From: Guillardia theta CCMP2712
Lineage: Eukaryota; Protista; Cryptophyta
Length of the DNA: 46,990 nucleotides
Assembly: GCF_000315625.1 (NCBI RefSeq)
Contig: NW_005434585.1
Location: 87,649 to 134,638, forward strand
Reading direction: 5' to 3'
Shown: positions 30,401 to 42,500 of the stretch, piece by piece
Numbering within the stretch: position 1 is the first letter of the stretch
Layout of the letters: each line of letters starts with the position of its first letter
Notes under the pieces: generated by a model
Told to the model about the DNA's origin: nothing
What the model saw: only the letters and a program-made list of their open reading frames with translations
Database searches by the model: none
Translations under genes and position numbers: made by a program

Positions 30401-31107
30401 ACATCAATCTGGAGTTAAGTTGCAACAAGAGGGCGTTACATGTATCTTTGACAGTTTTCTCTTGTCTTGTCCTTTTACATACTCGTTTACAAGATCATTC
30501 ATCTGCGGCGAGCTCGTCAAGGGCGTTGGCAATCGTGCATCAACATCTTTATCACCTCCTTCACCTTCCCTTCTGCTTCCTTGCTCAGAATCGCCTTTGG
30601 GACAGGATTCTGAAACATCCCATGTCAGGATGATTGAGCGCTGGACGACTTTCTCCACCTCTTTCGGGATCCCAATGGTCTCAGCGATGTGTCTGTTCGG
30701 GAGCCTCGAGAAATGGATGTAACCTACAGTGAGTCACAACCAGATACAGCAATGCGCAGCCAGACGATATCGAACCTAGATATCTACCATCTTGGCTCTC
30801 CGTCAAGTCTTCTTGGGTGGCGAACAACAAGTTTGGTTGAAGTTTGGCCTGCCTTGCTCGTTCACACACGAGATCTCCCTACCATCTCTTCTGTTTCCAT
30901 ACCTCCATTTCATCATGCTCCTCATATATCGACGTTCTCTCTAGGTACCTTTCGAGAAGTGAGAAACAGCTCCTTTCGACCCAAGTTGACCAAGTATTTA
31001 CCTCCTGAACCACGAGAAGTTGTGATATATTGCCAGCAGTTCCTCCGACCATTCCAGGTCGCTTTGAACATGGAGGGGCCTGAATCGTCGAGAGTTAAAG
31101 CTACCAT
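27063..31107 (-). CDS. Ankyrin-repeat protein, highly fragmented into small exons, both ends approximate
   Basis: Spliced ANK repeats: SLMIACAMGDLNT|VVELVKRGANVKAMD|GYGRTALHYCA, DIDEQDDDGQTPLMAA|AISGAYHTCKTLVELGADLER, and LRTSLHWAADLGM|VEIVKLLVENGADLALEDAL|GYDVFTIAK. Acidic, Trp-rich C-terminal exons follow (PQDIAEFEEDWYEEMGLP, GHPEGDEDWDGTWEYNIFD). Confidence 0.75.
27200..27480. repeat. (CAT)n microsatellite, intronic
   Basis: CAT runs at about 27205-27300 and 27430-27480. The His/Ser/Ile ORFs over it are artefacts. Confidence 0.85.
28378..28543. repeat. Intronic minisatellite, 27-bp unit CATTCTCTATCAGCCTTTCTCCTCTTT, about 6 copies
   Basis: Directly visible. The 9-aa periodicity in overlapping ORFs (SFSISLSPL) confirms the 27-nt period. 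Confidence 0.9.
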
Positions 31108-31519
31108 CTCCTCTCCTCACCGTCTCACCTCTCATCCGGGGTCTCGTGCTCGTCATTGATGCTCAGCCACTTCTTCGTGTCTGCAGCTTCCGAAACGTAG
31201 GAGTTGAACAGATCCACGCAAGACTTCCTGGGGTGTCGTCAAGACGGTGAGAGCATGACGAGACGTGTAGACGTAAAGAGGGAGAGCAGGATTCAACCTG
31301 AAGGACTCTGGACTCTGTTTGTTTGCCAAAAAAAAAGGCCACTTCCCTTGCACAGCCGACTCACACATTGAGCCTACTGACCATGTTAGAGGTGAGGTGC
31401 TTACAAGAGCACAGCCAGTGTAACTCGCCTCCCTTCAGTCGCATGATTCTTGCTTGAAGCTGTTCCGTATCATTCTGTGGCGCAGCAGTGTCATCGTAGT
31501 CATGATCGATAACTTTCTC

Positions 31520-32615
31520 CTACCGTCTGCATGAATGGTCCTGTTGGGATCGGAAATAGTTTGTCTGTGTATGCATGCAATCAATCAATGACAGGAAGGA
31601 GTTCGGATTGTGGTCCGATGTTTTCGACATGCAATTTAAGCCACACAACTCACCTACGTCTTGTCCCATAATATGTGCTCCGAACATCAAAAGTTTTCCC
31701 TTGATCACCGTCGCCTAGACAAGATCTCAGACCTTGGTACCTTGGTTGTCACCAACCAATTGTTTCCTCACCTGCCATTTCACAACATCCAAGATACTCT
31801 CGACGAGCGGGATAACCTGGCATTTCACATCGTTACCTCGATGCCATAGCTCAACTCTGCTCTCACCGGATTTTCTTGTTGATACCATGGAACTATACGG
31901 TTCTCTTCCTTAGGCACCATGTAAAATCCATTGCTACGGTTGCATGTCAGGCTTCGTATGATTTTCTTTTTCAGTTAACATTACGTGTTGTTGTGACGCA
32001 ATCTGAATATGTACTTGTCCTGACCCAGCCTAGTCTGAGCATAGATAGGGGTCACATTTGCTATGCACTAAGAAGCGAACGAGAGAACCATCATGGTGTA
32101 CTTGGTTCCATCAGGGAACGTGCGCACTATTTTCTCCTCATCTTCCTCCTTTGGTGAGGGCGGAATGTATCTGAACGACAACAACCTTGTTATTCCACGA
32201 GGACCACAACGATTTCTAGACCTAAACTTGAAGTTGGGGAATATGCTGGCGACAAGTTTCCTACTTGATGTCAGAATTCACACAAAGATGGAAACTTTCC
32301 ATATGACCGAGAGCTCAAATCGCATCTCGATAAAGTGCACTGTTGGCTGCAAGCGAGCAAGAAAACAAGAGCGCGCACATTCCTGGAAAACAATCAAATC
32401 AGGAAATAAATGTTGAGATTCTCAGCAAGACCCTGGGAGAGGCCTCACCTCAACTTCTTCTTGTTGAACAACCCCATCTTCTTTCCCTTGTTTCTGGTTC
32501 TTGGAGTACTCCTTGCAGTAGCCCTTACAGCTTTCAGGGTTACTTCTTCCATACTTCCAGTAATCTTTGTTGTAGTAGTTCCAGTAGTCCTTGCAGGAAG
32601 TATTGAGTAGTCCAT
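31520..32615 (-). CDS. Hypothetical multi-exon protein (may be the 5' part of the ankyrin gene)
   Basis: Series of small exons bounded by GT/AG sites: KLVASIFPNFKF|RYIPPSPKEEDEEKIVRTFPDGTKYTMM|TRLGQDKYIFRLRHNN..NGFYMVPKEENRIVPWYQQENPVRAELSYGIE. No recognised domain. Confidence 0.45.
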
Positions 32616-33283
32616 GTAGTAACCCAGTAGTCCTTGTAGTAGTACTCGTGGGAGTACAGGTACTGATACTTGTGGTAGTACTAGTTGTACTAGCAGCGCT
32701 ACTTCCTGGCTACTTCCCTCGCACCCTCTGACCCCAGCAGGCCTCGTGGCCGCACCCAGTGACTGCGTTCATGACCGCCGGCCGCATCGTGTGAGGGCAA
32801 GCGCGGGGAAGTGGCAAGTAACACTGAGCCTGAGGCCGGCCCGCCTGGGCTATCCGGCCGCGATGCCAGTCACTGTCCCATCATTTACTGTCACCATACT
32901 CGGAGTCCGAGTCATTGAGATGGTGCTAGTGCTTGAATGTAGGGATGATCTAAGTGTATAGACTACTTGCTGTTGGTCACTCAACATGTGGAGAAAAGAC
33001 GATTTGAATGAATTCATCATCGGACAGTGGCCCATGATCACATCTGAAACAACCGTTATCTCCATGTTGCATATATGGCTTGACTTCATATCCTTACATC
33101 TTGAGAGTTGACAACCTGTATGGAGTGTGCTTTTCTGCCGCAGTGCGTCACATCATCATGCTCAGTTTACTTCGTGTCACAATAGATCTGCATGCAGTCA
33201 CCGGCAGTGCGTGGCGTGCCAGGCTCGGGCCATTGACATGGTGCTAGTGCTTGAGCCTGAGTTCCGAAGTTGCTTGCGTTCTA

Positions 33284-34180
33284 TCATTCTAGAGCATCGT
33301 AACATTTTACTGAAAACCTGAGCCTGAAATGATACAAGGCTATAATGTCAATGGTATTCAGTGACCCACCTAGCCTTCTACACTGAAGGCTTTGTTCATC
33401 ATCTTTGTTAGGTTCCTCAACATCTATTCGAACATCACATCTCTTTGATTCGATACCTTTGATGCAGAATGAATGGATAGATCCCACAGCGGTTCGTTGC
33501 TCTGCTCTGTTTATTTTTTTCGCTACGAAACGCATCTGACCTGTAATGATGATTTTCGTCACCTCTATTTGCCAGCCTTGAATGAAATAGCTTGATTCCT
33601 CCACTGACCACTAGTCGATTCCACACTGTCGAGGTTTCCAGCATGAAATTTCTCCCTTGATTTTGCAGATGATCGAGCTTTGTAAGAGATGTACAAAGAC
33701 ATGTCTCCTTAGGAAAGCAATTCCTTGCCACCATTACATACACGAAGACCAAGTTATCTGTGATGACAACTTGTGATGGGGCTAACAAGCTTGCAATTGT
33801 GCAGTTGGTGGGCATGTCATGGAGAGAGCCCTGGCAGCTTCACGTCTCTGTCGTCACCGCGCCAACACCAATTTCGTTCGACCATTATCTCTCATCAGTC
33901 CTTCAAGGGTACTCCAGAGGTTTGAGACCGGGTAGTTCTCCTGCTTGCTAGCACCACCCCTCACCACCACAAGCTCCATGAGACCCCTGCTTTCAACCAG
34001 ATGGCATTCGCAGGGCCCTCAGAAACAAGGTGAGTTCCGTGTAAGGAACAACGGTCGGTTCTGTATCGGGGCCTGACACGCTCCTTCTGCTGCCTTGGTG
34101 AAGGGCACACCCTTGCAAGTCTTCGCTCATCAACCCTAACACGCTCCCTCAGAAACAAGAGCGATAAAGCAAGACATGGA
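33284..34180 (-). CDS. Possible hypothetical multi-exon gene
   Basis: Short coding-like segments on the minus strand (ORFs 33284-33604 and 33435-33815) with plausible splice sites. I could not build a continuous frame. Confidence 0.25.
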
Positions 34181-35824
34181 GGGCGGGGCCAAAACTTTGG
34201 AAGCCATGGAAAGTTTCAAGAATCATCGGACAGCAGGTCAGCAAAGTTGCGGAGCCGAACTAGAGGAGGGGAGGGTGCTGGGTCAGAAGGAAGGGTTCGA
34301 AGAGGAGGGCCCCGACTGCGGGGGAGATAGCAAGGGTCGACCTGACGAGAGAGAGGCTGAGATGAGCAGATAGATAGCGCAAGAGAGAGCGACGAGGAGG
34401 AGATAGATAGCGCAGGGGAGAGGAGGGTAGAGGCAGCAGAGGAAGCAGAGGCTGCGGTCGAGTCTCAGGAGGAACAGTCGCTCCTTGTGTGATCCTTTTT
34501 TCCTTCTTTTTTCCTTTTTTCCCTTCTTTTTTCTTGCTTTTGCCTGCTGCTGACTTCGTAGGCTCAATTTTGCAGGGATACGTAATTCTTTTTGTCATCT
34601 ATGATATCCGGTAGTAAACTCGGCCTCAGTGGTAAAGATCCTATTTCTCATTCGTAAGATGCGGTGGTCGAGGCGAGTTCACGTCAGAGGACAGAGAGGA
34701 GCAGCAAGTGATCCTAGGAAGGATGAAGTGAGCCATGGCAGAGCCAAGCTATCAGGAGGGCGGAAACATGCGGCGATACGATGAGGCGAGTAGGGAGTCT
34801 TAGGCAGAGGTGGAATGGCGATGACGATGACTTGAAAGAAGGAAGCAGCAGAATTCATTGATCACAGGATTGACGGGCAGAAAGATGATATAAGATGCGG
34901 CTCAGAGAGAGGGAGAGAGAGGGAGGGAGGGAGGGAGGGAGGGAGGGAGGGAGGGCTTAGCTAAAGAGGGAAAAAAATAGTGACGGAGTCTCGCAGCTGA
35001 GGGGAGGGGAGCCGAAATGAAAAGGATCAGGAGAGAGGGAGTTAGGTGGGGGAAGGAAGAGGAACAAATAGACAGATAAAGGAAAATGAAGAGAGAGTGA
35101 AATATCGAGTTTGAGAAGAAGAGACGACGAAACATTCCTCTTGATACCGGCTATCAGCGTGTATCGCAGCAGTCATGCAATCAAACTCCTGTCCTTCTCA
35201 TTCTCTGCTGCTGAAGCTCGATTCCTCCTGCCCGCACTACATTCATTAGTTTGAACTTCAAGATATGACGTGAGCTCAACGAGAGGCTGGGATAGAAGCA
35301 AGGAACGAGGAGGGAGCGAGAAGATGACAGCGAGGAGAAGGGGATGAGGATGCGCAAAGCACAGCAAGCCCTGAGGCAACAAAAGGGGATGAACTCCATG
35401 GCGAAGGAAAATCTTAATAGAACACAGATATGACCTGGAGCAGTGAAACTGACAGGCTGAAACAGATTTCATAGATCCACACATAGATCGGAGAGTAGTT
35501 TAGACAAAAGATTGTGGGAAAAAAACCAGGATTTTAGCACGCGCAAGGAGCGAGATGTATTGGATGCAACATTCTGGAAGTCAGAATAGGATTGATTGTA
35601 TGATGAGGGATTATGAATGAGGGATGCGCGATGGCTCCAAGTTCTTTCTGTTTGTCGTCTGTTTTTGTTGGTGAATAATCCTTTGTTTATTTCCCAACTA
35701 ACTCTATCTCCTGCTATGTATTCTACACTGATTGTTTGTTCTTCGCGACAGGGTCAAATGAGCAGAAATCGACCTTAAATCATGTGACTCATGGTTTGAA
35801 CAGTGATGCTGATTTACAAGTTCT

Positions 35825-37167
35825 TTAGCAAGCTGGCAAGAAGACAACCGTATACTCCATTCCGGGACTGCAGTTATATGTCATCAACAACCACACAAGG
35901 GCTGCCGTTGCTGAGAAATCCTCACCTATGTACAGTTTGAAACGTGCGCCCACGTATGGACAGTTGGCTAGATGAAATGGAATACATCCTCGTGCAGTAG
36001 CACTTGAGTTGCTGATTGAGCTGCAGAGCATGTTACACGATTTCTGGCAGGTTGAAGATGGACAGATTCTATCACCTTACGCATGAAGAACTCTTGGAAG
36101 TCGACACTCTCCTTGCTGTCGTCAGGATCGTTGCGTTGATCGATCAGCCAGAAGCTAGAAATGGAATCATCTCGTCCAGCAGCAGGTAACTCGTTGATGA
36201 CGATCGACTGCTCGTTGGTCCAGTCTGTTGCGAGCTGCCCGAGATGAAAGGGCAAACTGTATCGACTCCGCACAGTGCATTGCGAGACAACATCAGAGAC
36301 TTGCGCGTCAATGTAGATCTGCGTGCTCCAACCCTTGATCTTCTCCAACGACAGATGATTCTTTTCGGCGACTTGCTGTAGCACGTCATCGTACGATGAA
36401 TTTTGCCATAGATCGCACAAAGATCTCAGAATAAAAGTCTCCATGTGACCTGCAACCTGCCCTTGCAAACATCTCTCTAGCCGTATTGGATCGAACGTGG
36501 ACAAAATCTGCTCGAACCTGTAAACCCCCTGCACATGCGTGTCCGGAATGCTGGATGTGAGCTGGCATGTCATGGTAGCCTCATGGATTGGTTTCAAGAA
36601 GATGAAAAGATGTGTTCCTTCTTGGCACCAGCAATCCTCCACAATAAAAGGCGCCAGCCTGAGGTGCGTGTCGTGGCAACGAGTCAACATCAAGAAAACG
36701 CAAGAGGAGAAGTGCTCTCCGGGATATGCGGCAACTCGCCCGAAAAATGTTTGGAACGAAGATTGATACGAAGGCTCTACTAGATGGATGATCGATTGAC
36801 CAGCCAAGGCCTTGTCGGGGAAAGCATCCAAGTACGTTCGAAACCCTTTGCTGGTGGAGAGAAGCAGCAGTGATGGAACCGAAACCACGGCCACCGGACA
36901 TGAGGCACAGTCGAAGCTCTGAGCAAGGAGACTGGGGGACAAGAACGTGTCTGACTGAGCTGCTCCCTGCATGCGTCGTTGAACCTCCGCCTGCACATCT
37001 TGCAGGAGCTGAGTGATGCTCCTCCCGGATCTCAGCAGCGATCTGTGCCTCCTGACTTGTGGTGATGCAGGGACCATGTTGTCAAGAGCATCGACAAGAT
37101 CCTTTGTTTCGTCTCTGACTGCCAGTTTCTGTATCTTCTTGACTCGTAGCATGTCCTCCCTTGACAT
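35825..37167 (-). CDS. Putative divergent bHLH-PAS transcription factor-like protein with an uncharacterised C-terminal domain
   Basis: 399-aa ORF. HLH-like segment KKIQKLAVRDETKDLVDALDNMVP-loop-GRSITQLLQDVQAEVQRR. PAS-like segment SFDCASCPVAVVSVPSLLLLSTSKGFRTYL..LAGQSIIHLVEPSYQSSF. Two probable 3' introns lead to TAA near 35825. Confidence 0.6.
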
Positions 37168-37711
37168 GGTAGTCTACGTAGCCCACTTGAAGGGTTCGAA
37201 ACAGCCGAAATATCACTATTCCGCAGGGAACTCGTCGGATCCGATCCGATCACTCATCTTCAAGGGCAACTCCTGTCATGTCTCTTTGATTGCAAACGTG
37301 ATTCCCGCAAGAAGACCCTTCGCACTAACTGACATCGGCGGTCGATCCGAATGTCATCGCAAGATTCCAAAGTTTGAAAGTCATCTGGTGAGAAGGGCAA
37401 CCTGGAAGACCGCTCGTGTATGGTTGAATGTCGAGGCAGATCACATGATTGAGCTCAACTCTCGTGAACTTGTTCGAGCTGCTGCTTTCCCCTGCTCCTT
37501 GCACGATCCTCCCAACCTCTCACAGAGGAAATGGAACGAGGGTCATTTGTCATGCAACCACAACAACACGCTAGATTCTTGATTTTTCCATGCCGTCAGC
37601 TTCGCATTGAAATCGTTAATCACGTTCCTCTCGTCCCTCCTCCTCGTCCTCCCCCACGGCAACATGCACTCTCCGTCCCCCGCCGTCTACCTTCCTTTGT
37701 TCGCCCATGAC

Positions 37712-38130
37712 GGTACGGTTACCGGTCTTCAAGACCCAACTTCAACACGGTTTTAACAAGGTGGGGTGGTCTCTTGACGCGGAGGTGAAACACCCCCATT
37801 TTACCAGCGTGAAGGTATAGGTAGAGGGGGTGGTAGGTTCCAAGGGGGTCATGACGACTTTTAAAAATAATGAGAGGAAAGGTTTTCGTACACCACCGGT
37901 TGCTTTGGGAACCTTTGGGCTGTAACACCGGTACTCTAATCATGCAATTCATTCTCAAAAGTACCGGTACTCTATGTACCCCCTCGTTGAGGAATGAACA
38001 GTTTTTTTCAAACGTGAGCACATGCGTGCTCTTGGAAGGAGTCATTGATTTGAACATAGACTCTAAAATTTGAAATTTGAGAAGGAACTTGATCATTTAT
38101 ACCCGGACGCATCAAAATCTAATTTTATAC
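37712..38130. promoter_or_regulatory. GGGGT/ACCGGTAC-rich tract plus AT-rich segment upstream of the bHLH-PAS-like gene
   Basis: ACCGGTACTCTA twice (about 37927 and 37963), further accggt copies, gggtagaggggtggtagg, then aaaatttgaaattt near 38065. Confidence 0.35.
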
Positions 38131-39502
38131 CTGCAGACGCCTGTCAGCGATTCAGGAGTTAAGACTTTTTGGGAGAGAATCTTTTTTTAGTTTTTTTAGT
38201 TTTTTTACAGTTTTCTTTCACCCCCTTCGCACTTCACCTCCTCCACCTCCTCCACCTCCTCCTCGGCCTCCTCCTCGGACGCACGACTGCCTCCTTCACT
38301 GCATCTTGCCTCCGCCTCGTTCGCTTCTTCTCAGTCTCCCCTCCTCTCTCCCTCCCCATGACTGTCTGCTCTCTTGCCATCCCACCTTCAACCCCCCCAC
38401 TTACTTTGCACACCACCCCTACGTTCTAGGTTTCCTCCTCCTGCCTACCAGCTCATTCATCCTTCTAGTCTCTCTCAATCTTGCTCGTCCTTATCTGAAT
38501 CGCTGTCCGAAATGGTTCCCTCCAGTTCCAATCCTTCTACTGTAGACTTCAATACTTGGTGCTTCTGAAAGCAACTGTGTGCTCTTGGATCGTGTGAACA
38601 ATTGTGTGCGACAAGAAGAATCGACGCGATTTGCTACCCTGCATGACCGGATCCTTCACTCTCAGATGCAAGGAATCGTCGGAGCTGCTGCCATGAACGC
38701 CATTGGGGATTGATGCATGGAATAGCTTTTGGTAAATCTCCTTGGAGGGCGATTTACACAGGCAAGTTCAAAACCTCTCCGTCCTGTCTGTCGTGTACAA
38801 ACGTGCGAGAAGATCAGTCTGAAAGACTGTCATAGCGCAGCTGCAGGATTTTGAATGTAATGGTTTCCTCATTCACTTGTACATCTCAAGGACGTAGCTG
38901 GTGCGGAGAAGGGCTGGAAACGGATCTGAAAGCATCCCTTCAACCTGTAGTCAAGGAGCAGACGTCAGAGTTGGGCATGCAGGGAGAACGGAAATATATT
39001 TTGACTTGTCGTTTTGTGATGCAAGCAAACCCTTGCTATCGTCGCCTCGCTTACCATGATTGAGATTTTGTTGTACACTCAACTTCTTGTTTGCTGTGTG
39101 CTGTTGGTGTAAGCAACACACCAGGACTAGCAAAGATCCTGCTTCAAAACTTCGTTGATGATGCAAACATCTGAGTTTCTCCTGGTTCACTCCTGGTTCG
39201 TGGGAAGATGGATGGACTGGAAGCAAAACAGCGGGGAAGGGGAAGATTGGGAGGAGGGAGTTGTGTAAGAACTGGGTGCAAGAATATGCCAGATGAGTGA
39301 AATTCAGATTGCGACCAGGGGGACGCCAAAAAAAGTGCTGCATTCAACAGGCCGAGAAGGGGGGAGAGGAGATTGAGAGATGGAGTGCTTACGTATGTAC
39401 GTGAGTTGAGAGAAGGAGAGCGGGAGAGGGAGATGGAGAGTAGAAGGTAAAGATGGGAGGAAACCTGAGGCAAACAATAAAAGTTGTATTCTCAATGGAG
39501 CT

Positions 39503-42500
39503 CTAAACTTGCTCCTTCAGTTGCTGCATAAACCTCCTCTGCATCGATGGTCAGCTCGGTGGCGGTGGCAAAGCACGAGTACCTGAAGAAGGATGCGCTG
39601 TTCCTCGTACTGGTAGATCAAGTCTCCGACGAAGTCGTCGCGGTCAAGGAGAGGCACCTGAGAAGATTGAGCCAAGGAGGGAGGCAGGGTGGCGGAAGGG
39701 ATTGAAGGAGGAATTGTATGGAAAGGAAAGCAGGGAGGAAGGGAGAGGGAAAGGAGAAAGGGAGGGAGGGAGGAGCTTACTTCAAGGTATTCCTCATACT
39801 TGTTGTCTGCTGCAGACTGGATCGCCTGCTCCTCGTTGTCGCCCCCGGTGTACGCGGGCTGCACGAGAGACTTGATCTGCTTCATGAGGTACTCGACCTT
39901 CCTCTCCAGCTCCTGGATCACTGCTGCCTTCTTGTGCGAGTCCTCAGCCAACCTGTTCTTGTGCGTCTCCTCCTTCGCCAGCTTCTCCCTGAGCTCCCTG
40001 AGCTCATAGCTCGCACTGGGATGAAAGGAATCCTCATCTTCTCTGTGCCTGTTCCCGTTGGTCACCTCCGTGTGCTCTAGAGCTCTGGACCCCTTGCTGA
40101 GCTGCAGTCGGGACTGGAGCTCTAGCGCCTCCTCCCTGTGCTTGGCCGCCAAGTCGAGTCGCTCCTGCACCTGCTGCCAGCTCTTCTCTCGCGTCTTCCT
40201 GCCGCCCTCAGCAAGGGACCTCAGCTGCGAGCACATGTCCGCGAGCACGTCCTTGGACGCGGATTCTGTGTTCTGCAGCGATAAGAGTCAGACATGACGA
40301 CAAGGGCGGGGAGGGGAAGAGGGAGGGAGAGAAGAGAGGGGGAAGAAGGTGGGTGGGTTGGAGGAAGGAAGGGGAGATAAGTATAAGAGAGACAAGGGAG
40401 GAGAGAAGATAGAAGCAGAGGAAAGGGAAGAGGGAAGCGGTTTCAGAGGATGAGAGGAGGGGAGAGGCGGTGTTGGAGCAACAAGGAAGGAGCGGTTACG
40501 ACCTGGATGATATCGAGCAGCATGTCATTCTGAGCCTCTTTCTCGGCAATCTGACTCTGCAGATCCTTCAAGGCCTCCCTCTGTGCCATGGCCGTCTCTT
40601 GGAGCTCTCCCATGCACTTGTCAGACAGGGCGCACTGCTGCTCTAGCTCGAGGATCGTCTTCCGCTGGTTCTCCACCTCCCGCTCCTTCATCACCATCAT
40701 GCTCGATTGCTTCGACATGGACTGGCGCAGGGAGTTCAGCTCTGCCGACGAGCCTCCGCTGGACCCCTGCGACTTCCTGAGCTCGCTCTGCATTCGCTGC
40801 ATCTGCAGCCGCTGAGTGTTGTTCTCCTGCTTCATCCTCTGCAGGTCCTCCCGCAGGTTTGCGTTGATCTCTCGTAGCTCCTCCGCGCTCTCCGAGCTCT
40901 GCTGCCCCTGCTTGCCGTGCAGGCCCCGAGAGCTGGTCGGGGAGGGAGTCCCGTCGATCAGGTCCTCCAGCGTCAGCTTGTCTTCCTCCAGCCGAAGGAT
41001 CCTGTTCTCTAGCTCGTGCCTCTCCTCCAGCAGCCTCGCGGAGGCCTTCCTCTCCGCTGCGAGCTGCTCGTCCTTCTTGTTCAGCTCCTCCACCAGGTCC
41101 ATCAGCTGGTCCTCCAGCAGCTTGACATCGTCCTGGTCCACTTTATGGTTGAGCGACTCGTGCAGCTGCTGGTTCTCCGAGCTCAGCACGTTGATGACCT
41201 TCTTGTGGTCGCTGACCTGGTTGTGCAGGTCCTTGAGGATGTTGTTCAGACCCTTCTCCTTGAGGTCCCGGCTGCGCAGGGACGTCTCAAGGCTGTTGAA
41301 GTCCTTCTGAAGCTCGTCGAGCATCTGCAGGTCGTTCTTCATGTCCGCCACCAGCTGCCCTATGATGTTGTCCTCGATCTTCAGCTCCTCCTTCACCGCC
41401 TTCAGCACTTGATTCAGCAGCATCAGGTGCTTCCCCTCGTCGGCCACAGTCCTCCCCTCCTCGATCGCCTTGCAGAACTCCTGCACCTCCCTCTCCTTCT
41501 CCGCGCTCTCCTTGTTCGCCTCCGTTACCTGCTTGTTGATCGACTCGAGCTTGCAGTTCAGCCGATCTTGCAGGTCCGTCACGTGAGTCTTCACCTTCCC
41601 AAAGACTTTCCTGGCGTCCTCGATCCCGTGCGCGGACAGCTTCGTGTCTGCCGCAGCATCTCTCCTCTTCGTCTTGTACCGGATCGGGGTCTTGTTATTC
41701 ACGGCCGACCTGCTCACGCTGTCCAAGTCGACGATCATGCTCTCGTACCTCTCGATCTTCTGCAGGAGGACAGTCCTCATCTCCTCCACCTGCCCCTTCT
41801 CGTGCTCCAGCTCCTCCTGCTGTTGCATGTTCAGCTGTTCCAGCCTCTCCTTCTCCCCCCGCAGGTTCTCTATCTCGTCTCTGTACTTCTTCAGCAGCGG
41901 GAGGTCCTCCGCACTCAACGACCCGCTCACATTCACATCATTCAGGATCGGCTTGTTCTTCATCCTCTTCGCCCGGGCCGCAAACTTCAGCGTGTTCATC
42001 GACTCGGGGAAGTGCTGGGCTGCCGGGGTGATGGTGCAGATGATGGCTGTCCTTGAGTTGCCCCCCAGCGCTGGCTCCAGGATCCTAGTCAGCTTGCTGT
42101 CTCGGTACGGAATGTGCCCACTGGCCGTGATGAGCCGTTGGATCACCGTTGCCAGCGTCAAGAGACTCTTGTTGATGTAGGACCCCTCCGTCCTCCTCTG
42201 CCCCACCCCTCCCGACTTAGACGCGCTCTCGGACCCCGCCAGGTCCACCAGGTTCAGCGAGCTGACTCGGTACTCGGGGCCGCTGGCGGAGTGGACCTCC
42301 TTCAGCTTGCTCTCGATGACGAGGCGGAAGATGGTGTGGGAGCGCGAGCTCTTCTCGTTCATGTCGGTGCTTCCCACGGACCTGTGCGTCTCCCCCATGG
42401 AGATCGTCGTCATGACTTCGGCCGCTGACGTCACCACCTTCTCTGTAACCCCGAGGATCTTGACAACGCTCGACCCATCGCTGCTTCTGATCTGGAGGCC

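Noticed and set aside
29700-35800. Endogenous virus, Polinton-like element, Fanzor/TnpB or other transposon in the lower-GC region
   Set aside because: No capsid, polymerase, integrase, RuvC, transposase or RT motifs and no terminal repeats were seen. The region reads as intron-rich host genes.
41016-42056. 346-aa plus-strand ORF and other long ORFs overlapping the kinesin
   Set aside because: Antisense shadows caused by strong G/C third-position bias. The same applies to 22049-22897 and the plus-strand ORFs over the MFS gene.
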